Source: Methanomassiliicoccaceae archaeon (lineage in GTDB: Archaea; Thermoplasmatota; Thermoplasmata; Methanomassiliicoccales; Methanomassiliicoccaceae). Taken from it: 64,000 nt of DNA. The notes under the pieces were generated by a model, which made no database searches, had not been told where the DNA came from, and was given only the letters and a program-made list of their open reading frames with translations. Shown here in pieces: positions 30,085 to 39,237 of the stretch; position 1 is the first letter of the stretch; every line of letters begins with the position of its first letter. The stretch covers positions 224,001-288,000 of the forward strand of contig JAXGZN010000002.1 in NCBI GenBank assembly GCA_040776945.1. The letters are read 5' to 3'. Position numbers and translations under genes: made by a program.

Positions 30085-30893
30085 TGATATACCAGAGAGC
30101 AAAGGCCCAGAAGGTCCAGCGCGAGCTGCGATGGCCTTTGCTGGGCACGGTGACCGCTCCCCTGGTCCTCGGCTGCTCTGCCGTTTATATGTACCGCCTC
30201 TCCGGCTCCGGGACGGCGGTGGCGATGTCCCTTTCCTTCCTGACCATCGGCCTCCTTGCCTGCACCGCCCTGATCCTCATGCACCAAAGGGAGGAGGTCT
30301 CGCTCTATGCCGCGGGCGTCGCGTTGGTGTTCGCAGCGGCCTTCCTGGCCGTCCTGCTTCCTGGCACTGGGAGCGTGTACGTGGACGCGGCGATGATGGT
30401 GGTCACGGCAGGAGGGGCGGCGGTACTGTTCCTCCGCAGGGTGGAGATGCCGGAGCTGGGCGAAAGGCTGCTGCGCGAAAGCTCCGTCCTCGTGGTCCTT
30501 GCCCTGCCCGTCGGCCTTGCGACGGCAGAGGCGCTGTTCCTGGGGCTGCGTTTCTGGGAGAGCTTCCACATGTCGCCGTCCACCGTGTTCCTGGTCCCCC
30601 TCATGGCCGCGTGGGGCTTCATCGAGGAAGGCCTCTTCCGGGGCGTTCTCCTCCGCTCTTCGGTCCCTCTGCTGGGGAAGAGCGGAGCGCTCGTGCTGTC
30701 GTCCTTCCTGTACGCCTCGTTCATGCTCCTGTGGGGCTCCTTGCCGTTCGCGATGTTCTCGTTCTTCTTCGGCCTGCTGCTGGGGTACATATACCTGAGA
30801 TCGCGTAGCCTTATGTACGTGGGGACAATTCACGCGCTCACCGATACCTGGATGGTAATAGCGTTCCTTGTGCTGGGCGTCGGAGCGAATTAA
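30084..30893 (+). CDS. CPBP (CAAX protease/Abi) family intramembrane protein
   Basis: EEGLFRG motif, IHALTD motif, multiple TMs. Confidence 0.8.
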   Translation: MIYQRAKAQKVQRELRWPLLGTVTAPLVLGCSAVYMYRLSGSGTAVAMSLSFLTIGLLACTALILMHQREEVSLYAAGVALVFAAAFLAVLLPGTGSVYVDAAMMVVTAGGAAVLFLRRVEMPELGERLLRESSVLVVLALPVGLATAEALFLGLRFWESFHMSPSTVFLVPLMAAWGFIEEGLFRGVLLRSSVPLLGKSGALVLSSFLYASFMLLWGSLPFAMFSFFFGLLLGYIYLRSRSLMYVGTIHALTDTWMVIAFLVLGVGAN

Positions 30894-30939
30894 TAGTCCG
30901 ATCTTGATGATTCATATCTCCGCAGGGAGGTGGGTACAT

Positions 30940-31899
30940 ATGAGCAAGGGTAAGGAGCGCCTCGGGCAAGGCGACAGGCCAACGGCCACGGTCATCGTGT
31001 GCACCTTCAACCGGATCGACTGGCTGAAGCGTTGCCTCAGCTCGCTGGAGGCGCAGGAGACGCGCCCGGACGAGATAATGGTCGTCGACGGGCCGTCCAC
31101 CGACGGCACCAGGGAGGTGCTGGAGGAGATGGAGCGCGCTGGACGGGTGGTCCTCGTGCGGCAGGCCAAACTGGACGGGATCTCCGCAGCCCGGAACCTG
31201 GGCCTGAGGAGCGCCAAGGGCGATGTGGTATGCTACATCGATGACGACGCCGTCGCCCAGCCCGGATGGCTGTCCTCGCTGCTCCCGCTGTACTCCGACC
31301 CCAAGGTCGGCGGTGCGGGCGGCCCGGTGATGGACATGGACGGAAGGCTGACCATGGGCAAGAACGCGGTGTCCCCCGACGGGAGATGGTTCGATGAATC
31401 CTTGGGGGAGAGCACCGAGGGCCTTCACCAGGTCATGGTCGGCTGCAATATGTCCTTCCGCCGCGAGGCCTTGCTGCAGGCCGGCGGCTTCGATCCCTAC
31501 TTCCGCTATCATCAGGACGAGACCGACGCCTGCCTGAGCGTGCTTGGCGCGGGATACAGCATCCTGTACCACGAAGGCGCGGTGGTCTGGCACGAGTGGT
31601 GCGAGGGCTCGTACCGCCAGGACCGCGTCAAGTGGTATCTGCGCCTGAGGTACATGTGGGGCCGCAACACCGCCTACATGGTGAGGAAGCATTTCAGCGA
31701 CCAGGTGGGCCTGATGAGGTATCTGGGGGTGCAGGTGCAGGGCTTTATGCGGCGCCGGGCCCCCGGGAAAACGGCGGCGCCGACGGAGGAGCGAAAGGAG
31801 GAAGGCCCCATGCCTCCGTTCTTCGTGATCGTCGGCATGTTCTCCGAGTTCATGGGCATCTTCCGCGGATGGCGGGACGGCGCCCGAGCTCGCCGATGA
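30940..31899 (+). CDS. GT2-family glycosyltransferase
   Basis: VCTFNR, VDGPSTDGT, ARNLG, IDDD, GCNMSFRR, DETD; SD GGAGGTG. Confidence 0.92.
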   Translation: MSKGKERLGQGDRPTATVIVCTFNRIDWLKRCLSSLEAQETRPDEIMVVDGPSTDGTREVLEEMERAGRVVLVRQAKLDGISAARNLGLRSAKGDVVCYIDDDAVAQPGWLSSLLPLYSDPKVGGAGGPVMDMDGRLTMGKNAVSPDGRWFDESLGESTEGLHQVMVGCNMSFRREALLQAGGFDPYFRYHQDETDACLSVLGAGYSILYHEGAVVWHEWCEGSYRQDRVKWYLRLRYMWGRNTAYMVRKHFSDQVGLMRYLGVQVQGFMRRRAPGKTAAPTEERKEEGPMPPFFVIVGMFSEFMGIFRGWRDGARARR

Positions 31900-31953
31900 T
31901 GCGGAGAATGAAAAATAGGTGTTGGGGAAGAGGTTTTCCAGACCTTCGAAGGC

Positions 31954-34230
31954 CTACTGGAAGCTGACGGTCGCTTCTGCGGGGACAGTGCCCGATATCG
32001 TCCTGCCGCCCGGCAGGGTCAGGCGGACCTGCAGCGCTGAGCCGCTCAGATTGGTCACGGTGTAGTGGCCGTAGGCCTCGGTGAACGAGACCGAAAGCGT
32101 GCCGGTGCCTGTGGAGACCACCATCTGCCGGTTGGTGGAGAGGCTGCTGCCCTCCGACCTCAGGTCGATGGTCGCCGGCCAGTTGGTCACATCCTGGTGG
32201 CGGCTGGCGCCCATGGCCGTATACATGGAAATGGCCATGTTCAGGTTGTGCATCTGCGCCGAGTAGCTCTCGAAGGAGAGCAGGTCGAGGTTGAACCCGT
32301 AGCGGGCGGACCCGAACAGCGCAGAGTACACCGCGGCCTGGTCCCCGGGAAGGTTGGCGTTGTAGTTCTGGTACGCCACCAGGTGCGGGCGGTACTTCGC
32401 CGGCATCTGGTTCACGAACAGCATCGTGGACTGGACCGTCTTGGTCAGGTCGTCGCCGTAGTACGATACCGGCTCGTAGCCCTCGAACAGGCAAAGGTCG
32501 CTGACCATAGCCAGGTGGATCACCGGCGTGTAGGGGTTGGTGATGACGAAGGAGAACTTGCCCGAGGCCCTGGTCTCCTCCACCAGTTTCATGTACCCCT
32601 CCAGGATGTAATCCCCGCTGCGGTGGTTGTAGTCGCTCCGGGGCAGGTTGTTGTGCCCGAACCAGCAATTGGTCTCGTCCCAGAAGACGCCGGTGCTGGA
32701 CCACCACCACTCGTTGCTCATGTCCTGGTAGATCAGGTAGTTGCGGAAGGCCGCGCTGGAAGCTGTGCCCATCACGTCCCCGTCCGGCAGGATGAAGCTG
32801 TGTCCCGGCGAGTCGTAGAGCCTCCACTCCGTGGGCATTACCCGGTTGTCCCCATCGTCCAAGCGCTGGGCCGACTTGTAGTGCCAGTTGACCTGGTCAG
32901 GATTGTTGGACAGTTGGGCCGCCAGTATGGGGGAGCTTTCGATGAAGCCCCGGAAATCGCTGGGCCAGGTCCCGCTGCTGCCGCCGAAGTCGTAGAACGA
33001 CAGGGGGAACTGCGGGGTGCTAACGGTGGTCCACTGGGCTGCAATCTGCGGTCCGATCCACTCGGCGTAGCCGGAGCAGTAGCCCCTCGCTTTGCCGTCG
33101 GTGTACTGGTAAGGCCGGACGAACATGTGGAAGGTCTGCTCGGTACCAAGCGCCGGATCGGGCAGCACGCCGCCGGTGGAGGTGTACTTCACGCTGAACA
33201 CGGAGGCCCCGTCCACAGGGTTGCCGGCGATCCAGGTCGGGGACCAGATGTACGCTTCCTCGTCAGAGAAGCCCCATTCCACTCCAAGCTGCCGGCCCGG
33301 GACCCTCATGTCGAAGGCCGGGGCGAACATCCTGTAGAATGGATACCAGCCGCCGATGCCGTTCGATTTGGGAAGGTCCAGCGGGGTGCCGGGGATGTAC
33401 CGGTGGTCCTGCCCGTCGCTGAACAGGTCATAGTAGCTCCCGCTCGCCGAGTTCATGGATATGGCGTAGGTCGCGATGACCTTGGAGGCCCCCGGAGTGT
33501 AGGTCACGTCCAGATCGAAGTAGTCACGGTAGATGGTGAACTTGTGGCGGAGACTGTACTGCGAGCAGCTCTCCACGAACCACACCTTATTGCCGTCCTG
33601 TCCCCAGGAGGTTATGGTGGTGGTGACGTGGTTGAGCAGGTTGCCGTACTCGTCCACCGTCCCCTCGTTCCCGGTGAGGGGGTTCAACCTGCCGTACCTT
33701 ATGACGTCGCTGGTGAAGTATGGCCTTATGGTATAGGACACCGAGTTACCGGACTGAGCTATCACGATCTTGTACCTCTCGGCGATGACCGCATATGCGC
33801 CGCCGTTGGTCTCCACCGTCATGTTGGACGATAGGGCTCCGGTCGCGATGCTCCCTCCTCCGCTCAGGTTCGGCACCGGGGTGCCGCCTTTTGGGGGCGT
33901 TTCTGTCGCCTCGGTACTGCCGCTTGGCGGAGAATTGGAATCAGGCGTCGAGGTTGGCTCGCTCGGTTCCGGGGTCTGGTCCGCGGATGTGGGAGGTTCG
34001 GAAGACCTTTCGGCCGGTCCGTCGGAATTGATGACCGGCAGCGGGTCGCTGTTGATGATCGCGCCCGACATCTTGTTCCCGTTCCCATCAAGGGCCAGCG
34101 GCACCAGCGAGCTGACGGTCAGGATCAGTATGAGCAGGACGATGTTGGTCCTCCTCAGCTTCCTGCCGGCCCGCTTCAGCCCGGCCCCGATCACCCCGAC
34201 CGGCCCCCCGGTCCCTGGAGCGATGCTCAT
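31954..34230 (-). CDS. Secreted/membrane-tethered protein with Pro/Ser/Thr linker and putative glycoside-hydrolase-like domain
   Basis: Basic+hydrophobic N-terminus, PST-rich linker, aromatic-rich body with GVFWDE and LFEG; start MSIAP after GAGGTGG. Confidence 0.7.
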   Translation of the reverse strand: MSIAPGTGGPVGVIGAGLKRAGRKLRRTNIVLLILILTVSSLVPLALDGNGNKMSGAIINSDPLPVINSDGPAERSSEPPTSADQTPEPSEPTSTPDSNSPPSGSTEATETPPKGGTPVPNLSGGGSIATGALSSNMTVETNGGAYAVIAERYKIVIAQSGNSVSYTIRPYFTSDVIRYGRLNPLTGNEGTVDEYGNLLNHVTTTITSWGQDGNKVWFVESCSQYSLRHKFTIYRDYFDLDVTYTPGASKVIATYAISMNSASGSYYDLFSDGQDHRYIPGTPLDLPKSNGIGGWYPFYRMFAPAFDMRVPGRQLGVEWGFSDEEAYIWSPTWIAGNPVDGASVFSVKYTSTGGVLPDPALGTEQTFHMFVRPYQYTDGKARGYCSGYAEWIGPQIAAQWTTVSTPQFPLSFYDFGGSSGTWPSDFRGFIESSPILAAQLSNNPDQVNWHYKSAQRLDDGDNRVMPTEWRLYDSPGHSFILPDGDVMGTASSAAFRNYLIYQDMSNEWWWSSTGVFWDETNCWFGHNNLPRSDYNHRSGDYILEGYMKLVEETRASGKFSFVITNPYTPVIHLAMVSDLCLFEGYEPVSYYGDDLTKTVQSTMLFVNQMPAKYRPHLVAYQNYNANLPGDQAAVYSALFGSARYGFNLDLLSFESYSAQMHNLNMAISMYTAMGASRHQDVTNWPATIDLRSEGSSLSTNRQMVVSTGTGTLSVSFTEAYGHYTVTNLSGSALQVRLTLPGGRTISGTVPAEATVSFQ

Positions 34231-34615
34231 TTCCACCTCACCAGGCAGCGGAAAGGTCCCGCCCCTGGCAACCGCTGCCCTGATGCGGCAAGGCCTTGAA
34301 CCAAGCCGCAGGTGCAGTGCGTTTCTTTCTTCATTCCTTTCCTCCATTTCTGGGTTCGGGCGCTCCCCACCTCTGCAAGCGCAGCACAGGGGCGCCGCAC
34401 CGGCCCGGGGAACGGTCCCCGCTCCGGCGGCCGGACCTTTGCCCGGCCTTTGGATGCAAAGTTTTCTCAAAGTGAGGTTTCCTTGCAACCGGACCCCGGT
34501 TGAGTTATGTGGTATAAATTAATTATGTTTCCATGATTGCGAATCTGTCCCGATAACGCTAGATGGGTTCGCATATCGTCCTGAGATGCTCGCTGAGCGG
34601 CATCCCCGCTGCGAC

Positions 34616-35656
34616 CTACGCCTGCTCGCCGATGGCCTTCCCAGCCGCCTCCCGATAGTCACGGGCGAACCTCTCCAGGGAATATCTCTCTCCGACCAGC
34701 CCGCGGGGGTGTGGGCGGGCGGCCAGCACCTTGTCCACCGCGGCCGCGTAATCATCGACATCGTGCCGGGGGACGATCGCTCCGGCCCGCTCGTCGTCCA
34801 GGTCCTCCATCAGGCCGGTGCGCGACGCCACCAGGGGCACATCGCAGGCCATCGCCTCCAGGGGGGCGAAGCCGAAGGACTCGTAGCGGGAAGGGAACAG
34901 CATGAGGTCAGCCGCGCAGTAGTGCACCGGCATGAGATCGTTGGGAACGCTGCACCGTACGATGAGGTTCTCCCCCTCCACCTGGCCGGATGTCACGCAC
35001 AGCACCTTGAGGTCCTTCCTGCGGCGGGCCAGCTCCCGGACGATATCGAAGCCCTTGGTATGGTCGGCCCGCCCCACGAACACCGCCAGCGGGCCGTCGT
35101 GATCTATGCCGAGCCTCTCCCGGCACTCTGCCGCGGGAAGGGGGCGGAACATATCCAGGTCAACCCCGTTCTCTATGACGGTGGAGCGGATGCGGTAGTG
35201 CTCCAGCAGCTCGCGGTTGACCTTGGCGCTGACCGCGATGTTCATCTTCCCCCGCGCCGCGGCCTTCTCGAACACCGGCGTCAGATATCGGGACGGCAGA
35301 TAGCCAGGCGTCCCCCGCAGGGTGCCCTCCGACAGGCCGATGGAAGTGTAGTGGAACAGGTTGATCATCGGGACGTCCGGCCGGTGCAGCGAGAGCCACC
35401 ACCCGGCGGTCGAGTTGCAGAGGACCAGGTCGTACCTCTCCAGCCTCGACCGGCGGAGAAAGCCCCTGCTCAGGGAGAACCCCATCCTGGGCTGCTGCAG
35501 GTTCAGCCGCTCGAGGTTCGGGAGGCCAGAGCGGCCCACGTCGCTGTAGGTCATCACCTCCAGTCCCGGAAAGGCGCGCTTGAGATGCTCTGAGAACAGT
35601 TCGGTGCCGCCCTTGACCTGGTCGAAGCTGTAGAACGAGAGAAGAGCCGCCTTCAT
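34616..35656 (-). CDS. GT4-family glycosyltransferase
   Basis: KGGTE, ENGVD, KGFD, ESFGFAPLEAMAC. Confidence 0.92.
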   Translation of the reverse strand: MKAALLSFYSFDQVKGGTELFSEHLKRAFPGLEVMTYSDVGRSGLPNLERLNLQQPRMGFSLSRGFLRRSRLERYDLVLCNSTAGWWLSLHRPDVPMINLFHYTSIGLSEGTLRGTPGYLPSRYLTPVFEKAAARGKMNIAVSAKVNRELLEHYRIRSTVIENGVDLDMFRPLPAAECRERLGIDHDGPLAVFVGRADHTKGFDIVRELARRRKDLKVLCVTSGQVEGENLIVRCSVPNDLMPVHYCAADLMLFPSRYESFGFAPLEAMACDVPLVASRTGLMEDLDDERAGAIVPRHDVDDYAAAVDKVLAARPHPRGLVGERYSLERFARDYREAAGKAIGEQA

Positions 35657-35710
35657 CGGTCACGCCGTGAACATTAATCTATGTATCATTACATAATATT
35701 CCTCGTGGCA

Positions 35711-36445
35711 ATGCAGGCGGCAAGATTGGAGCTGAAGTTCATCGCCGAGAAGATGAGGAACCGCTTCACCGTTCCCGATCGGCTCGAAGGAACGGCTTGG
35801 AGCCCCAAGGTCATGTCCCTTCCTCCGGGGGAGAGGTTCCTAGTGCTGTCTCCCCATCCGGACGACGACGCGGTGGGATGCGGGGGCACGCTGATAAAGC
35901 TGCTGGACGCCGGGAAGGCGGTCCGGGTGGTGTACTTCTCCATGCAGGAGGGCGCTTTCACCAGGGAGGAGAGGGAGCGGGAGATAGAAGCAGCGCTGAA
36001 GGAGCTTGGGGTCAAGGACGTGAGGAGCCGGAGGTCGGCAGCGTTCCCGTCGCCCAAGGAGGCCACGGCCATCATCGCCGAGGAGATATCCTCCTTCGCA
36101 CCGGACGGGGTGTTCGTCCCCTCGCCGTTCGAGAACCACAACGAGCACATCCGCACCTTCGAGTCCTTCCTGGGCGCGGTCGGCGACCGAGGGAGCGGAC
36201 CGGACGCCATCATGTACGAGGTGTGGGGCCCGCTAATGCCAAACCTGTTGGTGCCGATAACGGACGTGTGGGAAAGGAAGAGCGCGGCGGTGCGGGCGCA
36301 CCGGACACAGGTGAGGGAGATCGATTACGTGCGGGCGGCCCAGGGCCTCAACGGATACCGCGCCGCCACCATGGCCATCGACGGCTACGCGGAGGCGTTC
36401 CTGCATCTGCCGTCCTCGAGCCTGCTGCGCACCTTCTGCCGCTAG
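35711..36445 (+). CDS. PIG-L/LmbE-family N-acetylsugar deacetylase
   Basis: PHPDD, R..E, HNEH, HRTQ, AEAF. Confidence 0.88.
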   Translation: MQAARLELKFIAEKMRNRFTVPDRLEGTAWSPKVMSLPPGERFLVLSPHPDDDAVGCGGTLIKLLDAGKAVRVVYFSMQEGAFTREEREREIEAALKELGVKDVRSRRSAAFPSPKEATAIIAEEISSFAPDGVFVPSPFENHNEHIRTFESFLGAVGDRGSGPDAIMYEVWGPLMPNLLVPITDVWERKSAAVRAHRTQVREIDYVRAAQGLNGYRAATMAIDGYAEAFLHLPSSSLLRTFCR

Positions 36446-37482
36446 GTCAGCGGCCCCTCCCTCATGGCGCAGCGCGCCGATCTCCACAGTCCGCGGTTCA
36501 GAGCGCGGAAGTGGTAGAGCTCGCGGTCGACGGCATTGAAGCGGTACTTGTACGCTTCGGTCCCTCGGAGGAGGTCCACCTCCGTCATGCCCATATCGCA
36601 GCAGTCCTCAATGATCTTGGCCAGCAGGACCGAGCCGGGCGAGGCCTTGGAACGTTCCGGATCGAACCCCGATAGATAGTACATGTACCGGTGGTCGGTC
36701 TCGAAGCCCATGGTGATGGCGATCGGCTCGTCCTTCATCTCGATGGTATGGAACACAATCTCGTCGCGCTTGGCCAACTCGCTCGCCGCCAGCTCGATGA
36801 ACTCCACCATGTTGGGCGTGGCCAGCACGCTGGCGATGTCCCATCGCGCCTGGCTGAGCTTTCTAAGGTAGTGGACGCCCTCGGCCACCTCCTGAGGGCC
36901 ACGAAGGGTGCGGAACACGGCGCCGGCCTCCTCCAGCTTCCGCCGGCCTCTCCCGAGGTTGTACCGCATGTTCCTGGACAGCTTGGAAAGGTAGGTCTCG
37001 AAGCTTCCGTCGAGGACGATGTGGGGGGACAGGATGCGGGCGTACTCGGCCGAGGGGTAGCACTCCCTGGCGATCATCTCGGTCGCCCCTCCGGCGGAGA
37101 TCTCCCTCAGCTCCACCACGTCCCAGTCATCCCTCTCCTTGATGTGCTCCCAGAAGGCCCGGTGGACATCCAGGCGGTCCTCTCGTGCGATGAGGGCCGA
37201 GCGGTCGGAGGGCCCGGAGCCAATGAACTCCATCTTCCTCCAGCAGGACAGGCGTCCGCGCGAGGTGATCATGAGCGGAGCGAACCCCACCGAGCGGCCG
37301 TCCTCGACGGCGCGGAGCACCATGAGCTCGCGGCCTTCCCCGAAGGTGCTCCACCAAGAGAGCAGCCAAGGGAGCCCGAGAAAGATGGGGTCTCCCCCGC
37401 TGGTACCAAGCACCTCGTCCCAATCGTCGGTCAGGCGGACCAATCGGTCTATCGTCCGGACCTCTTCGATCTCCATGCCCAT
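36442..37482 (-). CDS. GNAT-family protein (CelD/BcsL, Acetyltransf_6 type)
   Basis: WLLSWW, SPGSVL, DLLRGTEAYKYRF. Confidence 0.87.
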   Translation of the reverse strand: MGMEIEEVRTIDRLVRLTDDWDEVLGTSGGDPIFLGLPWLLSWWSTFGEGRELMVLRAVEDGRSVGFAPLMITSRGRLSCWRKMEFIGSGPSDRSALIAREDRLDVHRAFWEHIKERDDWDVVELREISAGGATEMIARECYPSAEYARILSPHIVLDGSFETYLSKLSRNMRYNLGRGRRKLEEAGAVFRTLRGPQEVAEGVHYLRKLSQARWDIASVLATPNMVEFIELAASELAKRDEIVFHTIEMKDEPIAITMGFETDHRYMYYLSGFDPERSKASPGSVLLAKIIEDCCDMGMTEVDLLRGTEAYKYRFNAVDRELYHFRALNRGLWRSARCAMREGPLT

Positions 37483-37700
37483 CTTCTTAACGATTGGAGG
37501 ATTATAATTTTATCTCAAATCCCCGAGGGCCTCTGGAAGCATAGGCGGTCAGGCCGCAGAGGGCCGATCGGCGGTCCCACGGCATTAAGGGAGCGCCGGA
37601 CACGGCATCATCAGCTCTGCGAAGTTCGCGGCGATACCCACCCATCGACCAAAAATGATAAGACCTTCCTTCTGTTTACTTCGCCGGAGAGTGAGACCAG

Positions 37701-38606
37701 ATGAAATTGGTCAGAACCGGAAAGGTCAAACAGGTCTACGAGGTCGACGACGACACGCTTGAGTTTCTCTTCACTGACAACATCTCCGTGTTCGACAAGG
37801 TCATCCCCTCCCAGGTTCCATTCAAGGGCGAGACGCTCTGCCGCTCCGCCGCGTTCTGGTTCCAAGTGTGCCGCAAGGCCGGGATAAAAACGCACTTCAC
37901 CGAGCTCGTTCCGCCGAACCGGATGCGGGTCAAGCGGGTCAACGTCATCACCGACTATTCAAAAATGGACAACTCCACCACCAACTACCTCATCCCTCTG
38001 GAGGTCATCTCCCGCAGGTATGTGGCGGGATCGCTGTACGAGCGCATCCGGAACCGGGAGATCAACGTACGCGACCTGGGGTTCCCTCAGGACCATGAGG
38101 TCAAGTACGGCGAGAAGCTCCCCCGCCCGTTCTACGAGACCACCACCAAGCTGGAGAAGGTCGACAGGCTGCTGAGCAGGGAGGAGGCGCTGAACATCTC
38201 CGGGCTCACCGAGACGGAGCTGGACCACATCTTCGAGGTCGTAGAGAGGATCGACGACATCATAGAGCAGGAGGTCGAGGAGCGCATGCTCATCCACGTC
38301 GACGGGAAGAAGGAGTTCGCCTTCGACGAGCACCGCCGCCTCATGCTCATAGACACCTTCGGCACGGCGGACGAGGACCGCTGGTGGGACATGGACGCGT
38401 ACGACTCTGGAAAGTTCATGGAACTGTCCAAGGAGGCGGTGCGGCAGCACTACCGCAACACCGGCTACTACGATCGGCTCATGGAGGCGAGGAGGAACGG
38501 AGGTCCAGAGCCCCCCATACCCCCTCTGCCCCCGGCCGAGGTCAAGAAGGTCAGCGAGCTGTACATCGAGATGTTCGAGCGGCTGACCGGCGAGAGCTTC
38601 CGGTGA
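37701..38606 (+). CDS. purC: Phosphoribosylaminoimidazole-succinocarboxamide synthase
   Basis: GKVKQVY, TDNISVFD, IPLEVI.R...GS, VDGKKEF, DEDRWW. Confidence 0.95.
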   Translation: MKLVRTGKVKQVYEVDDDTLEFLFTDNISVFDKVIPSQVPFKGETLCRSAAFWFQVCRKAGIKTHFTELVPPNRMRVKRVNVITDYSKMDNSTTNYLIPLEVISRRYVAGSLYERIRNREINVRDLGFPQDHEVKYGEKLPRPFYETTTKLEKVDRLLSREEALNISGLTETELDHIFEVVERIDDIIEQEVEERMLIHVDGKKEFAFDEHRRLMLIDTFGTADEDRWWDMDAYDSGKFMELSKEAVRQHYRNTGYYDRLMEARRNGGPEPPIPPLPPAEVKKVSELYIEMFERLTGESFR

Positions 38607-38797
38607 CGGCCCCATCTGGACGGCACGATGGTCCGCCCGCAGGCGCAGGCAGCGCAATTCCGGTCACTTCAGAGGGCCCCGGCTTACGGCGCGCGCAGTC
38701 CTCAGAGAGGCTTGCTGCAGAAGGACGATGAGCTGGATCGACGGCAGCTCGTCGGTCCCGGCGGTCAGTGAGGGGAGCGGCGCGGTCGGGCGCCCGT

Positions 38798-39223
38798 TCA
38801 CTCCACCACGATGGCCACCAGCCTCTGCCCTTCCGGACACTTGAGCTCGCGGTCGATCTTCGCCACCCGGAACCTCATGTTCTTCTCCAGCCCCCTGGGA
38901 TGGCACAACCAATAGTTTTCGCACCCCGGGGTCCTGCATTTAATGACATCGTAGGTGACCGTGGAGCCTTCCAGCGCGTATTTGCGCGGAACGACGCATT
39001 TCCGGGGGACCTTCTCGACCTCCACCACTCTGACCCCCTCCTCGTGGATCCGGCACTCGTGATGCACCGGACGCACCGACCTGATGCGGTACAGTCCGCC
39101 GGCATCGAGGTTGAAGCACACTCCCTTGAGCTTGCAGTCCCTGCACTCGGTCAACGGCCCCCTGTAAACGAACTCCTCGCCCTCCTTGGCCAGGTGCTCT
39201 CCTATCAATGTGATGATCACCAT
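38798..39223 (-). CDS. UPF0179 family protein
   Basis: ITLIG..LAKEG.EF, Cys pattern CRDC..C, C.IHE. Confidence 0.85.
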   Translation of the reverse strand: MVIITLIGEHLAKEGEEFVYRGPLTECRDCKLKGVCFNLDAGGLYRIRSVRPVHHECRIHEEGVRVVEVEKVPRKCVVPRKYALEGSTVTYDVIKCRTPGCENYWLCHPRGLEKNMRFRVAKIDRELKCPEGQRLVAIVVE

Positions 39224-39237
39224 TAACTTGACCTCCT

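Noticed and set aside
34231-34488. N-terminal extension of the 844-aa ORF (likewise extensions of hel308, lonB, radical SAM, MFS, USP and NifX ORFs)
   Set aside because: Low-complexity extensions; downstream ATGs match domain starts and several have SD-like motifs
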